A stretch of 32,000 nucleotides of DNA from Candidatus Lokiarchaeum ossiferum (lineage in GTDB: Archaea; Asgardarchaeota; Lokiarchaeia; Sigyniarchaeales; Promethearchaeaceae), in NCBI GenBank assembly GCA_025839675.1, contig CP104013.1:2100001-2132000 (forward strand), read 5' to 3'. Positions 1-9,674 of the stretch are shown piece after piece. Both the position numbers and the translations under genes were made by a program. Below the pieces are notes generated by a model, which was not told the DNA's origin, did not search any database, and worked only from the letters and a program-made list of their open reading frames with translations. Every line of letters starts with the position of its first letter. Position 1 is the first letter of the stretch.

Positions 1-50
1 AAGATCCAACAGTTTTTCATAAAAATATCGCAATAGACTATTTCAGTGTC

Positions 51-674
51 ATGAATCCGGAAAAATATTATCCCATGGTTATTAATATTGCTGATCTTGA
101 ACAGATGGTCAAACAAGATCAAGAAAATATATTAACAGGAGAACGAAAAACTCAAAAGAAAGATGCAATGGAAGTGGCACTATTGAGTCCGATTGTTACG
201 GTTGTTCCTATATTTCCTGGCTGCAATGTGACACCTCCCTCAATTCAAACAAACTTTGAAAACCCTGAAGATGAAATTACATTCTATATTACTCCTTTAG
301 TTAACGACGATTTGGATGAATGCAAGATCAACTTTGTGAATAGTGAGAATCAAATTGTTCATTCTGTTCCAACTCCATCTAAGGTTCAAGACCCGAGATA
401 TGCACGGACGGTAGCCCTCTACGGAACATTGGCGAGTGTTATCCCCAAAATACTTATTATCTTCGGAATAGAAGTTGATAACCTTATTAATGCCTCCACT
501 ATCAAACCTTTATTAGAAAGTTTGGTAGGTGCCATGTCTTTTACGAATCTTATTGGATATTTTGGAATTGGTTTGGCCCTTGTTATCAGTGCGATTATTT
601 ATTTCACACGCAAACCAAAATCGGTCTTGAGACGTTATAAACTACAAGACTTGAGACGGAAGGCAAAAATTTGA
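51..674 (+). CDS. hypothetical membrane-anchored protein (may begin left of the window)
   Basis: The ORF track gives an ATG at 51, but the frame has no stop back to position 3, so the true start may lie outside the window. C-terminal hydrophobic segments (IPKILIIFGI, LIGYFGIGLALVISAIIYF) are followed by a basic tail. No family recognised. Confidence 0.5.
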   Translation: MNPEKYYPMVINIADLEQMVKQDQENILTGERKTQKKDAMEVALLSPIVTVVPIFPGCNVTPPSIQTNFENPEDEITFYITPLVNDDLDECKINFVNSENQIVHSVPTPSKVQDPRYARTVALYGTLASVIPKILIIFGIEVDNLINASTIKPLLESLVGAMSFTNLIGYFGIGLALVISAIIYFTRKPKSVLRRYKLQDLRRKAKI

Positions 675-712
675 AACAAAAAGACTCAAATACCCGAATT
701 TTAGTATTTTTT

Positions 713-2548
713 TTAATATTTATTTTGAACATAGAGAAGATATTCATTTGGTTTCAGTGACCGGTTTAAACAGGGTTCTGTAACCAGCATTTTTGCCCCA
801 AGGAGAGTAAGTTGATAAATAGGAGTATTAAAATCGAGGTAATATTTCAAATCGGGAATATAAATTGGATTTGAGATTTCCCAATCCTTGTTATAAATCA
901 AGAACATTTTTTGATCTTCCATCATCGAAGATTTCTGGAGAAGTAAGATTCCTTGATTGTTATATTCAAATTGTTTTATTGGTCCATCTTCATTTAAACA
1001 TCCCCATTGCTTTTTGAACTCATTTATTAAAGCAATATCTTGTGAAATATCAAATTTCTTGGGACCCCAATCTTCGGGAGTGGTATTAACAACATCAGTT
1101 TTCTTTTGAAATCCAAATTCATATCCGCTAGTTATCATCACACCTGCGGAAAAAAATGCGGAGAATAAATAACAAAAAATCTGAGTATCCTTTCTTCCAC
1201 CAGTTTCCCATGCAAATCGAGGAGTATCATGATTTTCGGGAAAACTTACTGAAGGAGCAAATTTTCGGAAAGCATTATACTGCTCTAAACACCATGGAGC
1301 GGTAAAATCCCACCATTTCACACTGGTCGTAATAAAATCCATGCCTGCTTTTTCAACCTCCAAGTATTGATCCATGGTTGCACCTAAAGTCTCAGCCCAA
1401 AATACAGCATTAGGATAATTATTTTTCACATAAGAAATGAACTTTCGCCAGATTGGAGTGGGAACTTGGTAGGCAGCATCACAACGAAACCCATCAACAC
1501 CCATTTTTAAATTGAAATCAAGAAAACGACAGAAATAGGACTCAATTTCAGAATAATCCGGAGAATTAAAATCAATTTCAGCTAAATCACCCCAAATTTG
1601 GAGCTCCTTCGTGTTATCTGGATTCACAGCATAAGCGTTAGCAACATCCCAAACAATTCTGAATTCGTCTTCTGGATATTTCTTAGAACTAGGTTTTTCA
1701 TCTTTATCATAAAACATAACAATTGCATCGGATTGCTTTTTTTTCACAATCCACTTCATCTTGTACCATGTTGGATGCTCTTGGACCATATCAACAGCAG
1801 TATGGTTTATTACCAAATCTACCATGACTTTAATACCATTCTCGTGACATTGTTCAATAAAAGTCTGAAAAGATGTCCAAGTTTTTTGATCTTCAACTGA
1901 TTGAGCAAAAATGGGATTCATAGTAAAATAATCTTTAATGGAATAAAGGGATCCAGAAAATCCAACGTTATTTAAAGGATTAACATAAATCCAGTTAAAT
2001 CCCATTTCTTTAATGTGAGTTAAGTGATCCTTCCATTTAGAAATTTGACCAAAAAGGCGAGGAAATAAATTATAGATACGCGGCCCCTCAAGATTTAGGG
2101 TAGTTTTTTGTCGTTGAGCCTTCTCATAGAGATCCAAAGCTAAGTTCATTGATTTGACGGCCCACACTGCACAATGATGATTTGCTTTAGGAAATTTTCC
2201 CAATGCGAGTAATACATCTTGAGCATTAATTTGTCGGGCATCTTGAACTGAAATCCCATCGATCATCTTCGCCGTCTGGGACGCAGCAATCCCCGAAGTA
2301 GCACAACCTTGAAGATCATAAAAAGCTTGTGTAATTCTCCCTTCAGAAATATCCAAATACCATGTAATATCATCATCACATGAACTCTTCATGGAACTTG
2401 TAAAAACGGTCTTGCTCTCGGGCAAAACTCCAAGATGAAAGGGATTTTTCGATAACGAGAGAGAATATTCGGAAAAATCCTCCAAATCTTTAGCATCAAC
2501 ATACTGTTGTAGATCCGCAACAAGATCATCAAAATCTTCATGGTTCAT
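713..2548 (-). CDS. GH13 alpha-amylase-family enzyme (GlgE/maltosyltransferase-like architecture) with N-terminal IscU/NifU-like domain
   Basis: GH13 signatures are present: VDLVINHT, GVDGFRCDAAYQVP (nucleophile strand), FWAETLG (acid/base) and FPENHDTPR. The N-terminal ~145 aa have the IscU pattern of Cys57/Cys82/Cys126 in the contexts CDD, GCATSG and HHC. The gene lies 48 nt downstream of a sugar symporter on the same strand. Confidence 0.8.
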   Translation of the reverse strand: MNHEDFDDLVADLQQYVDAKDLEDFSEYSLSLSKNPFHLGVLPESKTVFTSSMKSSCDDDITWYLDISEGRITQAFYDLQGCATSGIAASQTAKMIDGISVQDARQINAQDVLLALGKFPKANHHCAVWAVKSMNLALDLYEKAQRQKTTLNLEGPRIYNLFPRLFGQISKWKDHLTHIKEMGFNWIYVNPLNNVGFSGSLYSIKDYFTMNPIFAQSVEDQKTWTSFQTFIEQCHENGIKVMVDLVINHTAVDMVQEHPTWYKMKWIVKKKQSDAIVMFYDKDEKPSSKKYPEDEFRIVWDVANAYAVNPDNTKELQIWGDLAEIDFNSPDYSEIESYFCRFLDFNLKMGVDGFRCDAAYQVPTPIWRKFISYVKNNYPNAVFWAETLGATMDQYLEVEKAGMDFITTSVKWWDFTAPWCLEQYNAFRKFAPSVSFPENHDTPRFAWETGGRKDTQIFCYLFSAFFSAGVMITSGYEFGFQKKTDVVNTTPEDWGPKKFDISQDIALINEFKKQWGCLNEDGPIKQFEYNNQGILLLQKSSMMEDQKMFLIYNKDWEISNPIYIPDLKYYLDFNTPIYQLTLLGAKMLVTEPCLNRSLKPNEYLLYVQNKY

Positions 2549-2596
2549 TAATTAAGTAAAAGAAAAAAACGTTCTATGTAAATTTTCGTTTCAACA

Positions 2597-4018
2597 TCAA
2601 GACATTTGTTTCAATTGAACATATTTCTTTTCATGCATCTGCAATACTTTATCATTTACATCTTCCAAGTATTTTCCTCTAAGGGGATAAAATTGTAAAA
2701 TTATGGCTTCTAAAAGCATACAAATCCCCGGTATCAACCCTATGAAAATTCGAATGTTTGTAATCGCTTGGAAAGGTTGAAATTGAGAAACACCATCCAC
2801 TTGTTTCACAAAGTTAGCCATACTTAATAGACCCGTAACAATAACTACTGCAATGGATTGAGCCGGTTTGGTCAACAAGGCATTTACACCAAAGAACATA
2901 GCCTCACGTCTTACCCCACATTTCATCTCATCTTCATCCGACACTTGAGCAAAAAGGATATTGGTTAAAACTTGTGGACCAGCTAATCCAAACCCGGCAA
3001 TAAACAAACACGGATACATAATTATATTTGGTACAAAGGTGAGTAAAATTAAGGGAATTCCCGCAATAAGGGCGAAAACTTGCTGAGTCTGAACATATCC
3101 TAATTTTTTAGCAATTGGATTGATCACAATCACCCCAATTATAATTCCTACAAAGAGAGGAACTAAAGTTAAAGTATGATCTGCACCCAAAACATAGACT
3201 GATAAATAAATTAACGAACCCAGTAATAAGGATGACATTAGTATCGACATGAAATTACCCGCAACTAAGATTAAGAAGGATTTACTCTTAAATGTCAGTT
3301 TAATAGATTCCAAAAGAGGAACAGGTGCATCTATTTTTGTAAATTCAGGCCTTTCCTTAATCGCATACGTTGTGATCATCGTGAAAAAAGCACCAAACAC
3401 AGCGATGACAATTACAAATAAATAGAAGGATTGAGGATCTCCTTGTTCCATTTTCGTTGCAAAAATTCCCGGAATTAGAGATCCAATAATCGTTCCTAAA
3501 AGCCCGAACAGTGAGGAAATAGTTGAAAGTTGTCCTCGTATATTATTATCTTCAGTTATTTCAGGTAATAATGCAGAATAAACTAACCCAATAATAGTAT
3601 ACGCCGAATCATACAATAGGATTCCAATTAACATCCAAATAAAAACACCCACTTCACTCAAACTACTTGGAACTAGCCACAACGCAATAAATGTCAAAGC
3701 AAGAAATGGAGCAGTATAGCGCATAAAAGGAATGCGCCGTCCTTTTTTGGAACGGGAATTATCGGATAAGAAACCAAAAAGGGGATCATTAAATGCATTC
3801 CAAATTGCATAAATTAATTGCCCCCAGTACATGAAATTTTCACCTAAACCCATATAATCCTGATAAAAAAACAGATATAATCCCGCATAGGTATTAGAAA
3901 TAATGGCAGTCCCCAAAGAAGCGATTCCCCATCCAATTTTTTTCATTGGAGTAAAAATTTGACGAGATGAATCAGTCTCTAAATCATTGTTTGTTGAGTG
4001 GCTCATTTTTTTAGTCAA
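2597..4018 (-). CDS. MFS-type glycoside-pentoside-hexuronide (GPH) family sugar:cation symporter
   Basis: 473 aa with about 12 hydrophobic segments. GPH-like motifs include GWGIASLGTAIISNTYAGLYLFFY, the loop DNSRSKKGRRIPFM and LLPEITEDNNIRGQL. Co-oriented with the GH13 gene. Confidence 0.8.
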   Translation of the reverse strand: MTKKMSHSTNNDLETDSSRQIFTPMKKIGWGIASLGTAIISNTYAGLYLFFYQDYMGLGENFMYWGQLIYAIWNAFNDPLFGFLSDNSRSKKGRRIPFMRYTAPFLALTFIALWLVPSSLSEVGVFIWMLIGILLYDSAYTIIGLVYSALLPEITEDNNIRGQLSTISSLFGLLGTIIGSLIPGIFATKMEQGDPQSFYLFVIVIAVFGAFFTMITTYAIKERPEFTKIDAPVPLLESIKLTFKSKSFLILVAGNFMSILMSSLLLGSLIYLSVYVLGADHTLTLVPLFVGIIIGVIVINPIAKKLGYVQTQQVFALIAGIPLILLTFVPNIIMYPCLFIAGFGLAGPQVLTNILFAQVSDEDEMKCGVRREAMFFGVNALLTKPAQSIAVVIVTGLLSMANFVKQVDGVSQFQPFQAITNIRIFIGLIPGICMLLEAIILQFYPLRGKYLEDVNDKVLQMHEKKYVQLKQMS

Positions 4019-4091
4019 ATCAATATCTTTTGAAGTTATAAATAAAGTTTTAACAAAAAATAAGTGAAATGTGTCGTTATAAAGAACACTA

Positions 4092-4781
4092 ATGAGTATT
4101 CCAAATACCGAATTATATAGTCAAATTAAGAAAAAACTAACCAAATTTAAACCTAAAATCATATCACTTCCAGAGTTTAAACAATCTGCAGTTTTAATGT
4201 TATTAATACCTGTAAAAAATAGTTTTCATCTCGTTTTCACAACTCGCTCAAGACATATTCATTCTCATCAAGGGCAGATGAGCTTTCCAGGAGGAAGATT
4301 TGATTCTAGCTATGATGATGATCTGCAAGAGACGGCTTTACGGGAAACTGGGGAAGAAATTGGGGTAAATTCTAATCATATCGAAATTATTGGGCAGTTA
4401 AATGATCTTCCTATCACCTCAGGGTATATTATTTCTCCCTTTGTGGGGCTATATCAAGGAGAAATTCCAGTCACCTATTCTCTGAATCCAGTAGAAGTAG
4501 CAGATTTAGTTGAAATACCAATTGATTTTTTCCTTCAACAACCATTGTTTCAAGATAAAATAGATTTTGAATTTACGTATCAAGGATTTAAAGCAATGTC
4601 CATTTTTGTTGATTATATAAATCCAAAAAACAAAAAAACCTACCATATTTGGGGTGCTACTGCACATATTACTGCAGAGTTTTTTAAAATATGCTTCGAT
4701 CACCACTTAACAAAACCAGAATATTCCCGCCCCCCCTTGGATTTGATCATAGAATATCTAAGCAATCGATCAAAACATTAA
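4092..4781 (+). CDS. Nudix hydrolase, CoA pyrophosphatase-like
   Basis: Nudix box GGRFDSSYDDDLQETALRETGEEIGV. It is preceded by LVFTTRSRHIHSHQGQMSFPGG, close to the CoA-pyrophosphatase signature LLTxR[SA]x3Rx3Gx3FPGG (the middle R is H here). Confidence 0.8.
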   Translation: MSIPNTELYSQIKKKLTKFKPKIISLPEFKQSAVLMLLIPVKNSFHLVFTTRSRHIHSHQGQMSFPGGRFDSSYDDDLQETALRETGEEIGVNSNHIEIIGQLNDLPITSGYIISPFVGLYQGEIPVTYSLNPVEVADLVEIPIDFFLQQPLFQDKIDFEFTYQGFKAMSIFVDYINPKNKKTYHIWGATAHITAEFFKICFDHHLTKPEYSRPPLDLIIEYLSNRSKH

Positions 4782-4813
4782 GCGAAAATAAAAAAAATTC
4801 AGAAAAATGGAGA

Positions 4814-5485
4814 TTACTGATAATTATGAACTAATTGGGGTAAAATTAGGATTTTTCCCCATTTTTGGCCATTAACCTTCCTATTTTCATTCCATTGCTG
4901 CCCTAAAAACAATAAAGATGCACTGGTTAAAAATAATAACACTTCAGCCAGAGTGACAATTAACGCTAAGGGTAATTCTTCGTATAAAGGACTAAATTCC
5001 ATGCTATAATTCATTTCAATGGAAAATTGTACCGTTTCAATATCTCCATCTATCACAAAATATGCATTCACAGTACCTTTCACAGAAAGATGTTCACCCG
5101 GTTCAATTTTAACATCTTCAATCAAATCTTGGTAGAAATATCCATAAATGGGTTTTTTTTGAGAAAAAACTTGTAACCCATCTATCGAAAAGGTCAAATC
5201 ATAATCGATTAAACCTATAACATAAACATCCTCAGTTGAACGCATTTCAATCCCAATTCGGGCATACCGATAATCTTCTTCGGAATTTTCTAAGTAATTT
5301 TCAAGAACAAGATTAGCTTCTCCATAATCGAATTCTTTGGTAAATACTTGGATATCATCAGCCCGTGAAACCATATTCACTTGCGATTGCCCAAACATGG
5401 CCAAATTAAGAAGAGTCAAAACCACTAAAACCCCCAGACTGCTGCTGATCAAAAACTTACTAAATCTACGCGATTTCTCATTCAT
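4814..5485 (-). CDS. hypothetical bitopic membrane/secreted protein
   Basis: N-terminal hydrophobic anchor (FLISSSLGVLVVLTLLNLAMF), a beta-rich-looking middle and a C-terminal TM (LPLALIVTLAEVLLFLTSASLLFL). No family recognised. Confidence 0.5.
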   Translation of the reverse strand: MNEKSRRFSKFLISSSLGVLVVLTLLNLAMFGQSQVNMVSRADDIQVFTKEFDYGEANLVLENYLENSEEDYRYARIGIEMRSTEDVYVIGLIDYDLTFSIDGLQVFSQKKPIYGYFYQDLIEDVKIEPGEHLSVKGTVNAYFVIDGDIETVQFSIEMNYSMEFSPLYEELPLALIVTLAEVLLFLTSASLLFLGQQWNENRKVNGQKWGKILILPQLVHNYQ

Positions 5486-5692
5486 TTTTTTTTCACAAAT
5501 CTTAAACTCTTTTTCAATACTTTTCGATCAAAAGCTTTCTATTTATAGATGCTATTGTAGTAAAAATTCTTGAATCAAAAACAAGTTCTCTGAAACTCGA
5601 CCCCTTAATTCGATTAATTTAAGGAAAATAAAGTGTCGGCATTTTTTGGAAGCTATTTCAAAATTTAAATTCAATCCTTCATAGATATTCTT

Positions 5693-5995
5693 ATGGGTAA
5701 GAAGACTATACTCAGACTTGTTTTAGACATATTAAAAGCATATGATCCTGAAATAAATTTGGTTTGCGAAGAGCTAATTGAGAAGTGTGTTGAAAGTCAT
5801 ATCAGCGGAGTGAACATCACCGTTACAGCGATGGATCGTCTCACTCAAGGCGTGAAAATTGTCATTGAAGGTAGCAGTTTAGATTACGATGAAATTAATG
5901 ATGTGCTCGTTTCAATGAATTGCGTGGTTCACAGTTTAGATCAATGTGTTGCTGGTGAACGCCTTGTTGAAGAAATAGACACCCCACAAGATTAG
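5693..5995 (+). CDS. DUF211 (COG1888) family small protein
   Basis: The sequence RLVLDILKAYDPEI ... GVNITVTAMDRLTQGVKIVIEGSSLDYDEINDVL ... VVHSLDQCVAGERLVE matches my memory of the DUF211 consensus (RRLVLDVLKPh ... ieGedidyeeI ... IHSIDeVvaG). A T9 tract follows the stop. Confidence 0.75.
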   Translation: MGKKTILRLVLDILKAYDPEINLVCEELIEKCVESHISGVNITVTAMDRLTQGVKIVIEGSSLDYDEINDVLVSMNCVVHSLDQCVAGERLVEEIDTPQD

Positions 5996-6123
5996 TTCGG
6001 AACATTTTTGAACATACATTTTTTTTTAGCAACATTTCTTTTTCCCTTCTTTATAGTACGACGATAATATTAGAATATTAAATCCTTTTAGATGGGGATT
6101 TTAAAATAAGATCTTTGATATAG

Positions 6124-6330
6124 ATGAATTTTAAAATCTCGCATATTTTAAGGAAAGATAAAAACCAGACAATAATGAATAATTCAAACGTTGAAGACTT
6201 GTTTCAAAAACAAAATAAAAGACTTAATGAAGAAATTGCATCCGCACTTCTAGGAAAAGATTCCATGAAAATCCGAACGATTGCAAAGGAAATAACCAAC
6301 ATCTGGATTCGACAATCAAATCGAAACTAA
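6124..6330 (+). CDS. small hypothetical protein (paralogue of 6501-6740)
   Basis: A 68-aa ORF with an A/T-rich box upstream. Its C-terminal half aligns with the neighbouring small ORF (EEIASALLGKDSMKIRTIAKEITN..RQSNRN vs TEIDEAIQNQDRKSLRSLSNELTK..MRSFNKN). Confidence 0.35.
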   Translation: MNFKISHILRKDKNQTIMNNSNVEDLFQKQNKRLNEEIASALLGKDSMKIRTIAKEITNIWIRQSNRN

Positions 6331-6500
6331 ACGAACTTTTTTCAATTTACTTTTACTTCAAATTTGACGTTTTTGTAATTTTTCTGATGAAATTTGTTCA
6401 AATTTTTTCAACTATTGATGAAAATCTTCGTAATTTGCTACGTTGAAATGTGAATCTATAAATATGTAGGCTCGATTTTATATAAAAGGGGTGTTTTTAC

Positions 6501-6740
6501 ATGAAAAATCAAGATGAAATTCGGAAAAACCAAACACGATTTTCACTAAAATCTACGTCTTTATTCAAAAATAATGAGATTAGAATTGAATCCAGTCATC
6601 AATCTGATAAGGATCAAGATCAAATTAATACCGAAATAGATGAAGCAATTCAAAATCAGGATAGAAAATCATTAAGAAGTCTTTCTAATGAATTGACTAA
6701 GCAGGCCCTAAAAAAAATGCGATCTTTCAATAAAAATTAA
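6501..6740 (+). CDS. small hypothetical protein (paralogue of 6124-6330)
   Basis: A 79-aa ORF with GGGGTG 7 nt upstream of the ATG and TATA-like boxes at about 6455-6487. Paralogy with the upstream small ORF supports coding. Confidence 0.4.
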   Translation: MKNQDEIRKNQTRFSLKSTSLFKNNEIRIESSHQSDKDQDQINTEIDEAIQNQDRKSLRSLSNELTKQALKKMRSFNKN

Positions 6741-6759
6741 ATAGACAATCAAATTTGAC

Positions 6760-7449
6760 TTATTCTTCAATAAAAGATTGTAAAATTGATATTATAGAAG
6801 GTGAGGGATTTTCTTGGGGAGCTGAATGAAGAGTTTTAAATTCTTTTAGAGGATGCTTTTCTGAGATTATTGCTATTGAACGAGAGTTGACTTTGTTTGC
6901 AGTCTCTATGTCACTTGGATGATCACCAATCAAACATACATCTGAGGGTGCCAATTTCATCCGATCTAATAAAGTATGAGCATGTGCAACATGGGGTTTA
7001 GGTCTGGAAGTTCGATCCCGTCCAATAATTAAGTCCGAACTTTGAAAATAGGGAGCTAATCCCGCATTTTTTAAAGATAAAAGAGCATTAGAAGTGGTAT
7101 TCAAGGTAATAATGCCAAGTTTTAATTCACTTTTTTTTGCAAATTCTAACATCTTTTCAATCCCATTAAGTGGTCTGGCTAAAAAAGATGCTTCGCGCTC
7201 AATTTCAGCAACTGAATCATCAACTTTCTTCTTGATCATCTGAATTTTTTCCGCAGAGTAGTTCAAAGAAGACTGAAAAAATTTTCCTGCTATTTCAACC
7301 ATTTCTAATACAAAATTTTTTTCTGTAAATTTGGGAGGATAGCCATAACGTTCTAAGATTTCGCGTGCCCGTGCTCGAGCCAGGCTATAATCAATCTGAA
7401 AATGGATAAGAGTACCATCCATATCTAACATTAATCCTTTAAGCCCCAT
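6760..7449 (-). CDS. HAD-superfamily hydrolase (phosphatase-like)
   Basis: Motif I LMLDMDGTLIHF, motif II-like IITLNT, and the late motifs KPKP and IGDHPSDIETA. The gap from the upstream M20 gene is 12 nt. Confidence 0.8.
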   Translation of the reverse strand: MGLKGLMLDMDGTLIHFQIDYSLARARAREILERYGYPPKFTEKNFVLEMVEIAGKFFQSSLNYSAEKIQMIKKKVDDSVAEIEREASFLARPLNGIEKMLEFAKKSELKLGIITLNTTSNALLSLKNAGLAPYFQSSDLIIGRDRTSRPKPHVAHAHTLLDRMKLAPSDVCLIGDHPSDIETANKVNSRSIAIISEKHPLKEFKTLHSAPQENPSPSIISILQSFIEE

Positions 7450-7461
7450 GAGTTTTCTTCC

Positions 7462-8628
7462 TTATTTGTTAACAAAATCTTCAATAATGCGCGTGTAGTA
7501 AGTAACAGCTAAATGCAATTGTGCAATAGAAATGTATTCGGGTGTTTTATGAGCTTGGTTAATGTCACCCGGCCCCAAAATTATGGTGGGAATATGATAT
7601 TTCCGAAAGTACAGATCTGCTTCGGTATACGCCGGTAGATGGCCCCAAGGAGCATTATCCAATAATAATGATAACTTCAAGACTAACGGATTTTTCTCCC
7701 CATCCGGTAAATAATAAGGCCATCCAACCACCGACGACTCAAATATCACATGTGGATCAATCAATTTAGCCATCGATTTGAATCTCATCTCATCTTCCAC
7801 AGGATTTTCACCAGGAACATAACGACGATCAATCGATAAAACACACTGAGCGGGTACTACGTTGGTAGCAGACCCCCCTTTGATAGTCCCAACAGAAAGT
7901 TTTGGATTTCCAATAGGTGAAGAAATTTCTTGAAGTTCTTGGAAATAATCCCGTAAATTGTGGATATATTCGGTCGCCATATATATCGCATTAATTCCTT
8001 GCTCGGGAACGCTGGAATGTGCAGCTTTTCCATTGAAGGTAACTTCATAGCGATTTATTCCTTTATGGCCAATATGTAATTGCATCATGGAAGGTTCTGC
8101 TAAAATACAATAAGAAACCCTTTTGAAGAGTTGCAAAATCTCCGGTAATTCTTCAAGGTGATCTACTCCTTGACATCCATCCTCTTCATCAACTGTGAAT
8201 CCAAGAAGAATTCCTTTCTGGTTTTCTTGAAGAATTTCTTGATTTTGTTGAAGAAATTGTAAAGAAGCAACAACATATGCCGCAATACCCCCTTTCATAT
8301 CACACGTACCACGCCCATAGACACGATCGTCTTTCAATTCCGCCAGATCTGAAATATTTTCATTGTATCCAGGAACAGTATCCATATGTCCAGAAAACAA
8401 AATTAATTTCGCCAATGAAGTAGGTTCCCACAATGCAAATAAATTTGTTCTTCCCGGGGAGAGTTCATGCTTTAAAAATTGAAACCCAAAAGGTTTAAGT
8501 AAATCTTCAATCACATGTCCCATTCGATCTTCATGGTTGTTTTCAGTTTCAAGTCGAACGAATTGCTGTGTTAGGGATACCACATCGGGTAAAGACAGTT
8601 CAGATCTTAAATTCATAATTAACACCAT
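7462..8628 (-). CDS. M20-family metallopeptidase/deacylase (ArgE/DapE/LysK-like)
   Basis: The sequence contains SGHMDTVP, GRGTCDMKGG, VDEEDGCQG and a later HKTPEYI. This is the typical M20 metal-ligand pattern. Confidence 0.85.
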   Translation of the reverse strand: MVLIMNLRSELSLPDVVSLTQQFVRLETENNHEDRMGHVIEDLLKPFGFQFLKHELSPGRTNLFALWEPTSLAKLILFSGHMDTVPGYNENISDLAELKDDRVYGRGTCDMKGGIAAYVVASLQFLQQNQEILQENQKGILLGFTVDEEDGCQGVDHLEELPEILQLFKRVSYCILAEPSMMQLHIGHKGINRYEVTFNGKAAHSSVPEQGINAIYMATEYIHNLRDYFQELQEISSPIGNPKLSVGTIKGGSATNVVPAQCVLSIDRRYVPGENPVEDEMRFKSMAKLIDPHVIFESSVVGWPYYLPDGEKNPLVLKLSLLLDNAPWGHLPAYTEADLYFRKYHIPTIILGPGDINQAHKTPEYISIAQLHLAVTYYTRIIEDFVNK

Positions 8629-8729
8629 TTTTGAACCCTTATAAGAATTGATGAAATGCTTGCGACATTAGATATTACTAGAAAGTTTTATTTTTTATTA
8701 GGGCAAAATACATTCAGAGAGAAAATATC

Positions 8730-9611
8730 ATGTGGCAAATATCACGGATTCCCTTTGTAAAAAATTATCGTCCCTTGGTTATGGCCCACCGGGGAGATAG
8801 TGCCAATGTCCCTGAAAATACCTTAGCGTCTTTTGAAGATGCCTATAAATTGAATGTCGATTGTATTGAATCCGACACCCATTTAACTAAAGATGGGCAA
8901 TTTGTTTTATTCCATGATGATAAATTGGATCGCACTACCGATGGAACAGGGTTGATTGCAGATTATACGGTTGAAGAATTAAAAAAACTCGATACAGGAT
9001 TTCATTTCTCGGGCACTCCCGACAATCCGCATCCATTTCGAGGAAAAGGTTATCACATCCATACAATCGATGAAATTCTCCCGACATTTCCAGATGTTCG
9101 ATTCAATTTAGATATAAAGAGCAAAAATCCAAAAGCTCCAGAGTTACTCGCAAAAAAACTAGCTGATTTAGAGGTAGAAGAGCGAGTGATGGTTGGTTCA
9201 TTTCATCAAGGACAGATCCGTCTCTTCCGGAAAAATTCAAAAATCCCTACTGGGGCAGGATCTCGGGAAGTTCTATCTTTTTGGCGAAAATCAAAATCTT
9301 GGATTCGTAAACACCCCGAGATAATTCAAAATAATAATCCCGTAAACCCAGATGATATTGATCGTAATCAAAAGGAGGTATTTGGGAAACTGCTTCCCTA
9401 TTATGCTCTTCAAATTCCAGAAGGATACCTTTTTCTACAAATCGTGAAGCCCGAATTTGTTATCTTTGCCCATCATATGGGTATCGCAGTCCACATTTGG
9501 ACAATTAATGAAGCAAAAGCTATGAAACGCTTGCTTGAGTGGGGAGTGGATGGCATTTTTACCGATCATCCTAGGATCTTGCTAGAAGTAGTTGGTTCTA
9601 TTAATAAATAG
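8730..9611 (+). CDS. glycerophosphodiester phosphodiesterase (GDPD family)
   Basis: MAHRGDSANVPENTLASF, ESDTHLTKDGQFVLFHDDKLDRTTDGTG and C-terminal VDGIFTDHP are canonical GDPD motifs. Confidence 0.85.
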   Translation: MWQISRIPFVKNYRPLVMAHRGDSANVPENTLASFEDAYKLNVDCIESDTHLTKDGQFVLFHDDKLDRTTDGTGLIADYTVEELKKLDTGFHFSGTPDNPHPFRGKGYHIHTIDEILPTFPDVRFNLDIKSKNPKAPELLAKKLADLEVEERVMVGSFHQGQIRLFRKNSKIPTGAGSREVLSFWRKSKSWIRKHPEIIQNNNPVNPDDIDRNQKEVFGKLLPYYALQIPEGYLFLQIVKPEFVIFAHHMGIAVHIWTINEAKAMKRLLEWGVDGIFTDHPRILLEVVGSINK

Positions 9612-9674
9612 CCCGATAATAAAATAAAAATAAATAAAGATGTAAAAAAACTCTACCAATTTTTTCTATATTTA

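Noticed and set aside
6385-6421. Two TGATGA motifs 31 nt apart, reminiscent of the C and C' boxes of an archaeal C/D-box sRNA.
   Set aside because: No CTGA D or D' boxes occur at the expected ~12-nt guide spacing after either motif, and there are no terminal complementary ends.
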